Shown: in pieces, positions 49,421 to 59,627 of the stretch | Numbering within the stretch: position 1 is the first letter of the stretch | How the letters are laid out: each line of letters starts with the position of its first letter | Made by a program: the position numbers and the translations under genes | Notes under the pieces: model-generated | What the model was told of the DNA's origin: nothing | What the model saw: only the letters and a program-made list of their open reading frames with translations | Databases searched by the model: none | From: Candidatus Woesearchaeota archaeon | GTDB taxonomy: Archaea > Nanobdellota > Nanobdellia > Pacearchaeales > UBA284 | Reading direction: 5' to 3' | Assembly: GCA_964354405.1 (NCBI GenBank) | Contig: CAYGZP010000001.1 | Location: forward strand, 272,879-336,133 | Length of the DNA: 63,255 bases

Positions 49421-49508
49421 ATAAAAACAGAATAAAAAATAAAATAAGTTCTAAAAACCGAAAGGTTTAAATAATGTCCTATCATATAATATTATATGGT
49501 GATATACT

Positions 49509-49679
49509 ATGACAAAAATTCAAATCGATTTAGACAAGGAGGAAGATAAAATCGTAGAAGTATATAAAATTGTAAATGATTTGAATACAAAGGAAGAAGC
49601 GATCAAGAAAATGGTAAGATATTTCAAAGCAGAAATTAAACCTAAAAATCTAAAAGAAAAAGATTATTTCGAGGTATAA
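49509..49679 (+). CDS. Small ribbon-helix-helix/DUF2683-like regulator (56 aa; absent from ORF track)
   Basis: MTKIQIDLDKEEDKIVEVYKIVNDLNTKEEAIKKMVRYF...; upstream SD GGTGA. Confidence 0.65.
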   Translation: MTKIQIDLDKEEDKIVEVYKIVNDLNTKEEAIKKMVRYFKAEIKPKNLKEKDYFEV

Positions 49680-49683
49680 TAAA

Positions 49684-50271
49684 ATGGAATTTTCAACAAT
49701 AATATGGATTGGTGCGTCTGCAATTTTAGCAATTGTGTTATTTCTGTTAATTAAAGGATGGATTAGAATTTATAATAAATTTATATATTGGATCACTAGA
49801 GCGAACAGAAAATTTGCAGACATTGATGTGATTATACAACAAAGAATAGACATGATTCACGCTTTAGCACAAGTGGCTAAGAAATATTCTATTCATGAAT
49901 GGAAAACACTTAAAGATGTCATTGAAGCTAGAAGTCGATGGACTAAAGATACACCTTTAAGTGAAAAAGTAATAAATACAGAGAAATTAGAAAATAATTT
50001 TATTAAAATTCAGGCTGTATTTGAAAGGTACCCTAATTTAAAGGCCAATTCTTTATACAAGAGATTAATGGGCCATGGAAATATATCCAGGATAGAGTAT
50101 CGTTTGCGTGAAACAAGATTGGGTTATAATAAAATAGCTCAACAATATAATGAAAGAGTACAAAAATTTCCAAGAAATATTGTTGCAAAAATACATGGAT
50201 TCAAACAAATACCTTACTTGAACTTCGGTAATCAAGAGCCATACAAACCTAAAGAGATTTTTAATGATTGA
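49684..50271 (+). CDS. lemA: LemA family protein
   Basis: N-terminal TM; IDV..QQRIDMI, ERYPNLKAN and YN...QKFPRNIVA. Confidence 0.88.
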   Translation: MEFSTIIWIGASAILAIVLFLLIKGWIRIYNKFIYWITRANRKFADIDVIIQQRIDMIHALAQVAKKYSIHEWKTLKDVIEARSRWTKDTPLSEKVINTEKLENNFIKIQAVFERYPNLKANSLYKRLMGHGNISRIEYRLRETRLGYNKIAQQYNERVQKFPRNIVAKIHGFKQIPYLNFGNQEPYKPKEIFND

Positions 50272-50279
50272 GGTAGAAG

Positions 50280-50543
50280 ATGAAGCCTTCTTCGGATAAA
50301 ATAAAGCCTCCAACACAAAAGAAAGAGATTTTCATGGAATTTTTAAAATATAATAAGCCCCTATTTATAGGGATTATAGCAGGATTAATTTCGGGGATTT
50401 TCTTTTCAGCATATAATGATTTAAGACCTCAAATTAAAAATACATTACTTCTTTTAGGTTCCTCTCTTCTAGTCTGCCTTATTTGGTATTTTATTATTCT
50501 CCTCATCACATTTATAATATTTATCATCTTTAGAAAAAAATAA
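50280..50543 (+). CDS. Small 2-TM membrane protein
   Basis: Two hydrophobic helices. Confidence 0.6.
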   Translation: MKPSSDKIKPPTQKKEIFMEFLKYNKPLFIGIIAGLISGIFFSAYNDLRPQIKNTLLLLGSSLLVCLIWYFIILLITFIIFIIFRKK

Positions 50544-51266
50544 ATGGCACATTATTTAATAGAATTCAGGTTTCAGTCAAAAAAAATACGAACATATCTT
50601 AAGGGTATGATTTATGGCATAAATAGAAAGTTTGGTGTTGGGAAAAGAAAACATGTTCCTCATATAACTTTAGTTGGTCCTTTACAAACTACCCAAGAAA
50701 AAAGACTTATCTCCGATTTTGCGAGAGTTTGTTCTCAAACAGAATTGATGAAGTTTAAGGGAAATGGATTTGGAACATTTGATTCAAACAGGGTAGTTTT
50801 TATTAATATTGTTCCTAATGAACGATTTAATAAATTCAGGGTAAATCTTTCTAAAACGTTAAAAGAATATTGTAAATTACCCCCACATAATAAGAGAGAA
50901 GATAAGGAGAAATTTGGATATCATTCAACATTAGCTATGAAATTAGATCAAAGAGAATTTAATTCTATTAAAAATTATATTAAAACTAAACCTGCACCAA
51001 ACTTTACACAAATTGTAATGAGAGTTACTTTACTAAGAAATGGTAAGATTCTAAGAGAATATGACTTTTTACAAAGACGATTATTAAATAGGCGACAAGC
51101 ACTAAACAAACATATTACGCGTAGAAGTAAAACTTTACTCAAGGAATTTATGCAAGGAAGATATGATCCAAATAAGAGGATTAGTCAGAAAGTAGAGAAA
51201 ATTGAGGATATTTCTGAATCTCCATTGTTATTTAAAAAGATAATTTCATTCTTTACAGGAAAATGA
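50544..51266 (+). CDS. 2H phosphoesterase (2'-5' RNA ligase superfamily)
   Basis: Two HxT/S motifs: PHITL and YHSTL. Confidence 0.82.
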   Translation: MAHYLIEFRFQSKKIRTYLKGMIYGINRKFGVGKRKHVPHITLVGPLQTTQEKRLISDFARVCSQTELMKFKGNGFGTFDSNRVVFINIVPNERFNKFRVNLSKTLKEYCKLPPHNKREDKEKFGYHSTLAMKLDQREFNSIKNYIKTKPAPNFTQIVMRVTLLRNGKILREYDFLQRRLLNRRQALNKHITRRSKTLLKEFMQGRYDPNKRISQKVEKIEDISESPLLFKKIISFFTGK

Positions 51267-51655
51267 GTTATAAAAGAAGAAAGGGTGTTGCGATTGTAGA
51301 TACTAATAAAGGAATTTTAGTAGTTTCTGGAAGAAGTAAGAGGTTTATCTTGCCTGGTGGTGGCGCTGAGAAAGGGGAAAGCAGAAAAAAAGCTGCAATA
51401 AGAGAACTTTATGAAGAAACAGAATTAAAAACTAAGGAAATTAAATATCTCTTTAAATATATTGGGGGCAGATGGCACACTCGTCGAGGTTCTGTAAGAA
51501 ATTATGCAAAAGTATTTTTAGTTAAAACCTATGGAATTCCTAGACCAAGACACGAAATAAGACATATTGCATTTTGGAAACCCGAAAGCAACTTACATCT
51601 AACGACTGGAACAATAAAATTAATTGAGAAATATCTTAATGAATATAAAAATTAA
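51263..51655 (+). CDS. NUDIX hydrolase
   Basis: Nudix box GGAEKGESRKKAAIRELYEET. Confidence 0.9.
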   Translation: MSYKRRKGVAIVDTNKGILVVSGRSKRFILPGGGAEKGESRKKAAIRELYEETELKTKEIKYLFKYIGGRWHTRRGSVRNYAKVFLVKTYGIPRPRHEIRHIAFWKPESNLHLTTGTIKLIEKYLNEYKN

Positions 51656-51658
51656 GAA

Positions 51659-53965
51659 TTATCCAGTATAACTTTGGGGAGTTCTGTCTAAAGCAGCTCT
51701 GGCGCTTCTCAAGTAGTGTGTCTCGATGTCTTTATAACGCTTAATGGTATCTTCGGTGATGCTCGCGCCAACTTTTTTCATCGCCGCATCAAAATGTTTT
51801 TTCTTGACTTCTTTAGCTTTGATGTCTTCTCTTAAAGCCAACATTCCAGCTTCTTTGCATATCGCCTCAATGTCAGCTCCGCTGCAGCCCGGTGTTTTTT
51901 CTGCCAATAGTTTTATGTTTACATCTTTAGTCAATGGCATATTCTTTGTGTGAACTTTGAAAATTGCTTCTCTTTCAGCTTTATCAGGAGCATAAATTCC
52001 AATTATTCTATCAAATCTTCCTGGCCTCAAGAGCGCAGAATCAAGCATGTCTGGCCTGTTTGTAGCCGCCACAACAACAACATCATGTAACTCTTCAATT
52101 CCATCCATTTCTGCCAAGAGCTGGTTTAAAACTCTTTCAGTAACATTATTTCCAACTTCGCGGCCTCGGGTTGAAGCCAAAGCATCTATCTCATCGAAGA
52201 AAACAATGCAAGGAGCAACTTGTTTCGCTCTTTCAAAAACTTTTCTTACTCCTTCCTCGCTTTTACCCACCCACATGCTCAATAACGAAGGACCCTTAAC
52301 TTGGATGAAATTTGATTCGCTCTCTGTTGCAACTGCTTTCGCCAACAAAGTCTTGCCAGTTCCAGGTGGCCCATAAATCAAAATTCCCTTTGGAGGTTTG
52401 ATTCCAATGCGCTTGAAAGCCTCGGGATGCTTCAGTGGCCATTCAATTGCTTCTTTCAATTCTCGCTTAATATTCTCCAATCCGCCGACATCACTCCATT
52501 TAACATTAGGCGATTCAACTAAAACTTCCCTCATAGCAGAAGGCTGGACAAATTTCAAAGCTTCATGGAAATCTTTTTCAGTGACTCTTAATTTCTCAAG
52601 CAAGCTGGGATCTATCGGCACATCTTCTTTTAATTTGAGATCAGGCAAGAGCCTTCGCAAAACATTCATTGCAGCTTCTCTGCATAAAGCAGCTAAGTCT
52701 GCTCCTACAAAACCATGCGAGATACTTGCCAAATCATCCAAATTAACATCTTTTGTAAGGGGCATATTTCTGGTGTGAATTTTTAAAATCGCTAATCTTC
52801 CCTTTTTATCAGGAACTCCGATGCTTATCTCTCTGTCAAATCTTCCCGGCCTTCTCAAGGCAGGATCAATTGAGTTTGGCATGTTAGTCGCGCCAATAAC
52901 AACAACTCGTCCTCTTGATTTCAATCCATCCATCATTGTCAGGAGCTGCGAAACAACTCTTCGCTCAACCTCGCCGAAAGATTCCTCGCGCTTTGGTGCA
53001 ATTGCATCTATCTCGTCAATAAAAATAATGCTCGGAGCGGATTTTTCAGCTTGGTCAAACAAATCTCTAATCCTTTTCTCGCTCTCCCCATAAAATTTGC
53101 TCATGATTTCTGGGCCGTTCAACAAGATAAAATTAGCCTCGCTCTCTGTAGCAACTGCTTTCGCCAAGAGAGTCTTGCCAGTTCCAGTCGGACCAAACAA
53201 CAAGACACCTTTAGGAGGTTCTATTCCTAAGCGTGAGAAAATTTCAGGATGTTTCAAAGGCAACTCGACCATTTCCCTAATTTTTTTGATTTCTTCATCT
53301 AATCCGCCGATATCTTCATAGGCAACATCAGGAACTCTTTCTTCTGAGATTTCTACTGCTTTAGGATTGAGAACAAGTTCTGTTGATTCTGTGATTATGA
53401 CTGGTTGTTTTGGCATTGTGGATACAACAACAAATTTTGTCTCGAAGCCGCCAAATCCGAATTGCATGTTTCCAAATCCAAATGCCTCGCCGAAAATTTG
53501 CTGCGCAAAAGAACCTTCCATCAAGTCTCTTCTCCTCTGCGAGCCACCTATTGAAACTAAATCCCCTGTACTGATTGCTCTTCCTAACATTCCTCGCTTC
53601 AAGTTATCCACAGCTCCTTGACTTGCCTGAACCATTATCCCTTTTTGTGCTGGCGCGATTATTACTTTCTTAGCTTCTTTGATGTCAGCTTTTTTTACAT
53701 TAACTGTTTCTCCTATTCCAGTCTTGGCATTTCTCCTTATAATCCCATCAATCCTGATAATCTGCTCGCCAACATCAGCAGGATAACCCCTGTCGATTAT
53801 AGCTACAGTTTCGCGCGAGCCAACAATAAGAATAACATCGCCTGGCCTCACGCCCAACTCTTTCATTGTGGCTCCGTCTATTCTCGCGATGCCCTTGTAA
53901 GCATCTTCCTGCAAAGATTCCATAACCTTCAATTTTGTGAATTTATCATCAACTTTCGCTATCAT
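51659..53965 (-). CDS. cdc48: CDC48/VAT AAA+ ATPase
   Basis: N-domain plus two AAA modules ([23 protein letters not shown]). Confidence 0.95.
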   Translation of the reverse strand: MIAKVDDKFTKLKVMESLQEDAYKGIARIDGATMKELGVRPGDVILIVGSRETVAIIDRGYPADVGEQIIRIDGIIRRNAKTGIGETVNVKKADIKEAKKVIIAPAQKGIMVQASQGAVDNLKRGMLGRAISTGDLVSIGGSQRRRDLMEGSFAQQIFGEAFGFGNMQFGFGGFETKFVVVSTMPKQPVIITESTELVLNPKAVEISEERVPDVAYEDIGGLDEEIKKIREMVELPLKHPEIFSRLGIEPPKGVLLFGPTGTGKTLLAKAVATESEANFILLNGPEIMSKFYGESEKRIRDLFDQAEKSAPSIIFIDEIDAIAPKREESFGEVERRVVSQLLTMMDGLKSRGRVVVIGATNMPNSIDPALRRPGRFDREISIGVPDKKGRLAILKIHTRNMPLTKDVNLDDLASISHGFVGADLAALCREAAMNVLRRLLPDLKLKEDVPIDPSLLEKLRVTEKDFHEALKFVQPSAMREVLVESPNVKWSDVGGLENIKRELKEAIEWPLKHPEAFKRIGIKPPKGILIYGPPGTGKTLLAKAVATESESNFIQVKGPSLLSMWVGKSEEGVRKVFERAKQVAPCIVFFDEIDALASTRGREVGNNVTERVLNQLLAEMDGIEELHDVVVVAATNRPDMLDSALLRPGRFDRIIGIYAPDKAEREAIFKVHTKNMPLTKDVNIKLLAEKTPGCSGADIEAICKEAGMLALREDIKAKEVKKKHFDAAMKKVGASITEDTIKRYKDIETHYLRSARAALDRTPQSYTG

Positions 53966-54351
53966 TTCTCTTCCTCCTCTTCATCTTCTTCCTCTTCTTT
54001 AAATGTTAAAGATAATCTTCCAGGTTCTTCAAGCCCTATTCTTACCATTTGGGTCATTCTTTCTATTTGCTTTTCCATTTCATGAAACATTTGCTCCTGA
54101 AAATCAATTATCTCGCGAGGGATTGATACAGTATAACTGTTGCCAACCATTCTCAACTTAACCGCAAATGGTCTTTGTCTTAACTCTTGGAATTTTTTGT
54201 ATTCTTCAATGTCGTTGGGATGATAGATATACTTGCCGCACTTTTTGCATTCCAAAGCTCTCAATGAAAAACCATTTCTTACAACAGTAACCTTATCCAT
54301 TTTCTTGCTGCACTTGCTGCACATGATAGTTTCATCAAATATGTCTGTCAT
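53962..54351 (-). CDS. Zinc-ribbon plus AbrB/SpoVT-like DNA-binding protein
   Basis: CSKC and [21 protein letters not shown]brB motif; overlaps the cdc48 start. Confidence 0.8.
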   Translation of the reverse strand: MTDIFDETIMCSKCSKKMDKVTVVRNGFSLRALECKKCGKYIYHPNDIEEYKKFQELRQRPFAVKLRMVGNSYTVSIPREIIDFQEQMFHEMEKQIERMTQMVRIGLEEPGRLSLTFKEEEEDEEEEEK

Positions 54352-54353
54352 TT

Positions 54354-54400
54354 TAGTGTATCCTTCGTGTATACACATATAATATACACTATTTAAATAT
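54354..54400 (-). promoter_or_regulatory. Palindromic operator and TATA box of the abrB-like/cdc48 operon
   Basis: TAGTGTAT...ATACACTA outer IR, central GTGTATACAC palindrome, adjacent TTTAAATA. Confidence 0.5.
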
Positions 54401-54507
54401 TTCGATTTGATTTTTGGTTTCTAAAGGAGTTAAAAAATATATTATTGACTATAGATTTGTTTATAAATCTCCGGTTTCTTTGTGTATTATGGCTGAAGAA
54501 AAATAAA

Positions 54508-54987
54508 ATGGATAAAATAAATTTAGTTGATTTGTGTAAAAAGGCGGGTTTTAATAGATTTGGAGTTCAAGAGATATTTGATAAAGAAAAAAATTATATT
54601 CGAAAAATTTACAAAAGATTTGAAGTACCGGAGGACGTTTTATTGTATTACAGGGGTTTGCCTCCTGAAGGAATAGAACTATTTCTTTTTCCTAATAAAG
54701 AATACTTAAAGGAACAAGGAGATTTTTACTCAGAACAAGATAGAATAGATGATAGTTTTCAATATTTTTGCCTCCCGAATAATGCGAGAATAGAATTAGC
54801 TGCTCAAAAAATGAGAGGTATACTCCAGCTGGGTATCGATGTGACTATTGAAGGTAAAGTCCCAGTTTTTTATAAACCTAAAATAGGAAAAGGTAATATA
54901 CGTATAACAGAATTACCCCCTGATAAATTTGGAGAAGAAGCCTTAGAAATTCTTTTAGCTTATGTAGAATTTGCTAATAAAAAATAA
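54508..54987 (+). CDS. Hypothetical protein
   Basis: ORF with ATG at 54508 and no recognised motif. Confidence 0.55.
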   Translation: MDKINLVDLCKKAGFNRFGVQEIFDKEKNYIRKIYKRFEVPEDVLLYYRGLPPEGIELFLFPNKEYLKEQGDFYSEQDRIDDSFQYFCLPNNARIELAAQKMRGILQLGIDVTIEGKVPVFYKPKIGKGNIRITELPPDKFGEEALEILLAYVEFANKK

Positions 54988-55030
54988 TTAATCGTCTGAA
55001 ATAATGCTGGCTATTAAGATTTAGATTCAA

Positions 55031-55669
55031 TTAATTGATTTTCATATCAATTTGCTTTTCATAAATCTTTTCGATGATTCTGATTGCCATTTGATTCAGT
55101 TTTTTCAAATTATCTTCAGTGTGTTCAGAAGGCACAAAGATAAGGAACTCGTCGCCAGCGCTTTCATTAAGCCTGTGTCCTATAACATCTGCAACTCTTT
55201 TGCCTGTAGAAGTCAGATTTTCATGTCTTATATTATGTTTGATTGCCTGTCCTATAATCCCAAGATGCTTGTCAACTTCAGCATAGCCCAGTTTGTTATT
55301 CCACTCGTGCAAATCATCCAAATCAAATAACAGGTAATAACCCTCTGTAATCCCTTTCTGTTTTAATTCCTCAAGTCTTAAAACAAATCCTGTTTTGTTC
55401 AACAAACCCGTGACAGGATCTCTTAATGAGAAATTTTGCAAAATCTTCACTTGCTCATCCGAGAGCCCTTTAGCTAATTTATAATATTCTTGAACTCGTT
55501 GCTTAAAACTGTCAGGGATTTTGCTTTTGAGCCTCTGTCCTTCCCAAACCTTGATGTTAAAGTCATTCTTGCCTTTCTCTTTCTTGGCTTCTGCCATGGC
55601 TCTCGCCGCCTCTTCGAAACTGCGGCCGATGCCGCATGAGACTTTGATAATGTCGTTTCTCGTCGTCAT
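55031..55669 (-). CDS. Circularly permuted GGDEF/mCpol-like nucleotide cyclase domain protein
   Basis: DPVTGLLN, FDLDDL..WN..LG...VD and AGDEF. The usual C-terminal elements (VSCGIG..A..AM..AK...GKN) are at the N-terminus. Confidence 0.72.
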   Translation of the reverse strand: MTTRNDIIKVSCGIGRSFEEAARAMAEAKKEKGKNDFNIKVWEGQRLKSKIPDSFKQRVQEYYKLAKGLSDEQVKILQNFSLRDPVTGLLNKTGFVLRLEELKQKGITEGYYLLFDLDDLHEWNNKLGYAEVDKHLGIIGQAIKHNIRHENLTSTGKRVADVIGHRLNESAGDEFLIFVPSEHTEDNLKKLNQMAIRIIEKIYEKQIDMKIN

Positions 55670-55769
55670 CTTCAGCTTTAAATTTCACCAGATTTTAGCA
55701 ATAATCGCAAAATGGCGAATTACATTAAATATAAAGAATATTTATAAATCTTAGCTTTCTGTTTATATT

Positions 55770-58637
55770 ATGGCAGAAAAAGAGATAGATTTCAAAGCCA
55801 TTGAGAAGAAATGGCAGCAAGAGTGGGAAAAATCTAAAGTCTTCCAGGTTAAGGAAGACAAGACAAAGAAAAAATTCTACTGCCTTGAGATGTTTCCCTA
55901 TCCGAGCGGCGAAGGCTTGCACATGGGCCATGCTTTCAATTACACAATCGGAGATGTTTTCGCGAGATTCAAAAGAATGCAAGGGTTCAATGTATTATAT
56001 CCTACAGGTTATGATTCTCTTGGATTGCCTGCAGAGAACGCAGCAATTAAAGCAGGGGTTCATCCTAAGACATACACTGAAAAAGCAATTATCAATTTTA
56101 TCAAACAACAAAAAACTCTCGGTTTTAGTTACGATTGGGGCCGCGTTGTAAAAACTTCCGACCCAGATTATTATAGATGGGATCAATGGATTTTCTTAAA
56201 GATGTTTGAGAAAGGGCTTGCATTCAGAAAAAAAGCTCCTGTAAACTGGTGTCCGAAATGCAACACCGCCCTGGCAAATGAACAAGTCCATAATGGCAAG
56301 TGCTGGCGCCATGAAGACACGAATGTAGAGATAAAGCCATTAGAACAGTGGTTTTTCAAAATCACAGATTATGCCGAAGAGATATATGAAGACATCAAGA
56401 AACTAAAAGGATGGCCTGAGAACATCAAAGCAATGCAAGAGAATTGGATTGGCAAGAGTCATGGCATTAACATTAATTTCATAATAAACAAAAAACCATG
56501 GCCCATCTTCACAACTCGCCCAGATACAATTTACGGAGTTACATTCATGGTTATCGCAGCACAACATCCAGAGCTCATGAAACTTGTTACAAAAGAACAA
56601 AAATCCAAGATAGAGGCATTCTTGAAGAAAATTAAAAGCACTAGTGAAAAAGATATGGAAGAGCTCGAGAAAGAAGGTGTTTTTACAGGTTCTTATGCAA
56701 TCAATCCAGTTAACAATGAAAAAATTCCTGTTTATACAGGTAATTTTGTCCTCGCGGAATATGGCTCAGGCATGGTTATGGCTGTTCCAGCTCATGATCA
56801 GCGCGATTTCGAGTTCGCCAAAAGATATAATTTGTTGCTAAAAGAAGTTATAAGACCAATTTACGGCGAAAAACAAAAGAATGAGGAATTCAGAAAAACA
56901 ATTTCGGCAGTTGTTCATAGAAAAAGAGATAACAAATTTTTAATATTAAAATGGAAAAATAATGAATGGGTTTCTCCTGTTGTCGGAGGAATTGATGAAG
57001 GAGAAAAATTAGAAAAGGCTTCAGAAAGAGAAGTTTTAGAAGAAACGGGCTATAGAGTAAAATTTGTTAAGAAGTTAGGAGGAGAATTTGAAGCACATTA
57101 TCTTGCTCCACACAAAAAAGTTTTTAGATACAGAATTGACCAACCAGTTTTAATGGAATTAATTGATGAAAAGCCTAAGAAAATCGAAGAAAGAGAGAAA
57201 AACCTGCATGAAGCTATTTGGTTAACTGCAGATGAAGCATTAAAACAGATCACTCATGAATATAATAAATTGGGCTTATTAAGATATTTAGGAAAAGATA
57301 TGGCTTTTATAGGAGAAGGAATTTTAATAAACTCGGGCAAGTTCAATGGCTTGACAAGCAAGGATGCAATCAAGGTCATTTCAGATTATATTGAGAAACA
57401 AAAGTTTGGCAAAAGAACTGTCAATTTCAAGTTGCGAGACTGGCTCATCTCTCGTCAGAGATATTGGGGAACTCCAATCCCGATTGTTTATTGTGATAAG
57501 TGTGGCATTGTCCCTGTGCCAGAGAGCGCATTGCCAATCGAGCTTCCAAACAAAGTTACATTTGGCAAAGGCAACCCTCTTGCAACAAACAAAGAGTTTA
57601 TCGAGGTAAAATGCCCAAAATGCAAAGGAAAAGCCCGCAGAGAAACAGACACAATGGACACGTTTGTCAATTCAAGTTGGTATTTCTTGAGATATTGTGA
57701 TTCTAAAAACAATAAAGAAATCTTCGACAAAAAGAAAGCAGCTTACTGGATGCCTATAGATCAATACATTGGAGGAGCAGAACATGCCTGCATGCATCTC
57801 ATATATTTCAGATTCTACACAAAATTCCTGCGAGATTTAGGTTTAATCGCTATTGACGAGCCCGCTCTCAAATTATTCAACCAAGGCATGGTTCATGGGA
57901 CAGATGGGACTGTCATGGCAAAATCCCGAGGTAATGTAGTCAATCCTTTAGAGATAATTGAAAAATATAATGCTGATACTCTTAGATTATATCTCATCTC
58001 AACAGCCTCTCCTGACAAAGATTTTACTTGGGATGAAAGAGCAATCGAAGGCAGCTACAGATTCATTAGAAAAGTTTATGATTATTTCTTGAAAGTCAAA
58101 AAAAGCAAGCCAACTCCTAAAACAGAAAGTAAGCTCAATAAAACAATCAAGGAATTCACAGATGATATTGAGAACTTCAGATATAATCTTGCAATAATCA
58201 AGCTTCGCGAGTTATTTGATTATCTTAGCGAGGAAGAAAGCAAAGAAACTCTAGAATCTTTCTTGAAATTTCTTTCTCTTTTCTGCCCCCACGTTTCAGA
58301 AGAACTATGGCACAAATTAGGCAACAAGTCATTCATCTCGACAGCAATATGGCCTCAAGCTGATGAGAAGAAAATCAAGCCAGAATTTGAACAACAAGAT
58401 AAAGCTGTCGAGCAGCTTAAACAAGACATCTCACATGTTCTAAAGATAATAAACAAGAAGCCAAAAGCAATTTACATTTATGTTATTCCTAAAGAGACTT
58501 CATTATACAATTCAAAGGAACTTGAACAGGCATTCTCGTGCAAGGTTCAAATCATGGCAAACAACAAGGCAACTTATGACCCTCAGAAAAAGGCAAGTAA
58601 GGCAAAACCTGGCAAGCCCGCCTTGTATATAGAATAA
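55770..58637 (+). CDS. leuS: Leucine--tRNA ligase (bacterial-type) with inserted NUDIX domain
   Basis: MFPYPSG.GLHMGH, FTTRPDT, DWLISRQRYWG and VMAKS; Nudix box within the CP1 region. Confidence 0.93.
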   Translation: MAEKEIDFKAIEKKWQQEWEKSKVFQVKEDKTKKKFYCLEMFPYPSGEGLHMGHAFNYTIGDVFARFKRMQGFNVLYPTGYDSLGLPAENAAIKAGVHPKTYTEKAIINFIKQQKTLGFSYDWGRVVKTSDPDYYRWDQWIFLKMFEKGLAFRKKAPVNWCPKCNTALANEQVHNGKCWRHEDTNVEIKPLEQWFFKITDYAEEIYEDIKKLKGWPENIKAMQENWIGKSHGININFIINKKPWPIFTTRPDTIYGVTFMVIAAQHPELMKLVTKEQKSKIEAFLKKIKSTSEKDMEELEKEGVFTGSYAINPVNNEKIPVYTGNFVLAEYGSGMVMAVPAHDQRDFEFAKRYNLLLKEVIRPIYGEKQKNEEFRKTISAVVHRKRDNKFLILKWKNNEWVSPVVGGIDEGEKLEKASEREVLEETGYRVKFVKKLGGEFEAHYLAPHKKVFRYRIDQPVLMELIDEKPKKIEEREKNLHEAIWLTADEALKQITHEYNKLGLLRYLGKDMAFIGEGILINSGKFNGLTSKDAIKVISDYIEKQKFGKRTVNFKLRDWLISRQRYWGTPIPIVYCDKCGIVPVPESALPIELPNKVTFGKGNPLATNKEFIEVKCPKCKGKARRETDTMDTFVNSSWYFLRYCDSKNNKEIFDKKKAAYWMPIDQYIGGAEHACMHLIYFRFYTKFLRDLGLIAIDEPALKLFNQGMVHGTDGTVMAKSRGNVVNPLEIIEKYNADTLRLYLISTASPDKDFTWDERAIEGSYRFIRKVYDYFLKVKKSKPTPKTESKLNKTIKEFTDDIENFRYNLAIIKLRELFDYLSEEESKETLESFLKFLSLFCPHVSEELWHKLGNKSFISTAIWPQADEKKIKPEFEQQDKAVEQLKQDISHVLKIINKKPKAIYIYVIPKETSLYNSKELEQAFSCKVQIMANNKATYDPQKKASKAKPGKPALYIE

Positions 58638-58638
58638 A

Positions 58639-59256
58639 ATGACTAATTGTATTATAATTCATGGTTGTCCTGATAACATAGAAAAAGCAATGAATCCTAA
58701 AACGAGAACATATGATAAACATTGGATTCCTTGGATAAAAAAACAATTGGAAAAAGAAGGAATTAAAACAGTCACGCCATTAATGCCAACTCCGTGGGAA
58801 CCAAAGTACGAAGAATGGAAAAAGGAATTGGATAAATTAGATGTTAATGAGAATACTATCCTTATTGGGCATAGTTGTGGCTCAGCATTTCTTGTCCATT
58901 GGTTGGGGGATACAAAAAAGCGCATTAATAAATTGATTCTTATAGCTCCTTGGAAAGTCCCGCCAAAAGATAATCCAATAAAAAAGAAATTTTATGAATA
59001 TTCTATTGATCCAACAATCAAATCGAGAGTCAAGGAAATTATAATTTTTACTGCTAATGATGAAGTCAAAGATGGAAAATTAAGTGCTAAAATGTTTCAT
59101 GAAGCACTCGGCGGGAAATTAATCAAACTTAAGGGCATGGGGCATTATACTCAAAATGATATGGGAAAAACCGATTTTCCTGAACTTTTAGAAGTTATTA
59201 TTTCTTCACAACAATCTTTAAAAACTTTCGAGTTTAAATATAATCATGGCAGATAA
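58639..59256 (+). CDS. RBBP9/YdeN family alpha/beta hydrolase
   Basis: IIHG, W.PW, GHSCG nucleophile motif and terminal GH. Confidence 0.85.
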   Translation: MTNCIIIHGCPDNIEKAMNPKTRTYDKHWIPWIKKQLEKEGIKTVTPLMPTPWEPKYEEWKKELDKLDVNENTILIGHSCGSAFLVHWLGDTKKRINKLILIAPWKVPPKDNPIKKKFYEYSIDPTIKSRVKEIIIFTANDEVKDGKLSAKMFHEALGGKLIKLKGMGHYTQNDMGKTDFPELLEVIISSQQSLKTFEFKYNHGR

Positions 59257-59527
59257 AATAAAACCAGAGATGAAACTGGCAATGGTCATGGCAGTTAACG
59301 AAGTTCTTGAGTACAAAGAAAAAAAACCCTATTCAAGCACAGAAGAGATACTGCAGTATGTAATGAGAAACATCAAAGCAAAAGGTGAGGCTAAGATGGG
59401 GGCAATGGCAGCTGCTTCTCATGCCTTGAATTACAAAGAGAAGAATCCGGAAGCAAAAGACAAGGAAGTCATGCAAATCGTTATGAATCGAAGCTCTGAG
59501 ATATTAAATTCTATAGGAAAAGAGTAA
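59246..59527 (+). CDS. Hypothetical protein made of two helical repeats
   Basis: LEYKEKKP..EILQYVM and LNYKEKNP..EVMQIVM. Confidence 0.65.
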   Translation: MADKIKPEMKLAMVMAVNEVLEYKEKKPYSSTEEILQYVMRNIKAKGEAKMGAMAAASHALNYKEKNPEAKDKEVMQIVMNRSSEILNSIGKE

Positions 59528-59627
59528 AATATATGCTCATTACTCAAGCACAGCTCTAATTCTCCTCACCCCGCCCGCGACAGACTCTTGTAAAAGGATT
59601 TTTAAATCTTAGATTATATTTAGTTTA

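Noticed and set aside
49164..49424. Alternative-frame ORF with repeated QMTS inside the Cys-rich gene
   Set aside because: By-product of the KSNDECCSG DNA repeat.
59560..59590. GC-rich patch (CTCCTCACCCCGCCCGCG) as a tRNA 3' end or att site
   Set aside because: No T-loop consensus and no partner repeat found.
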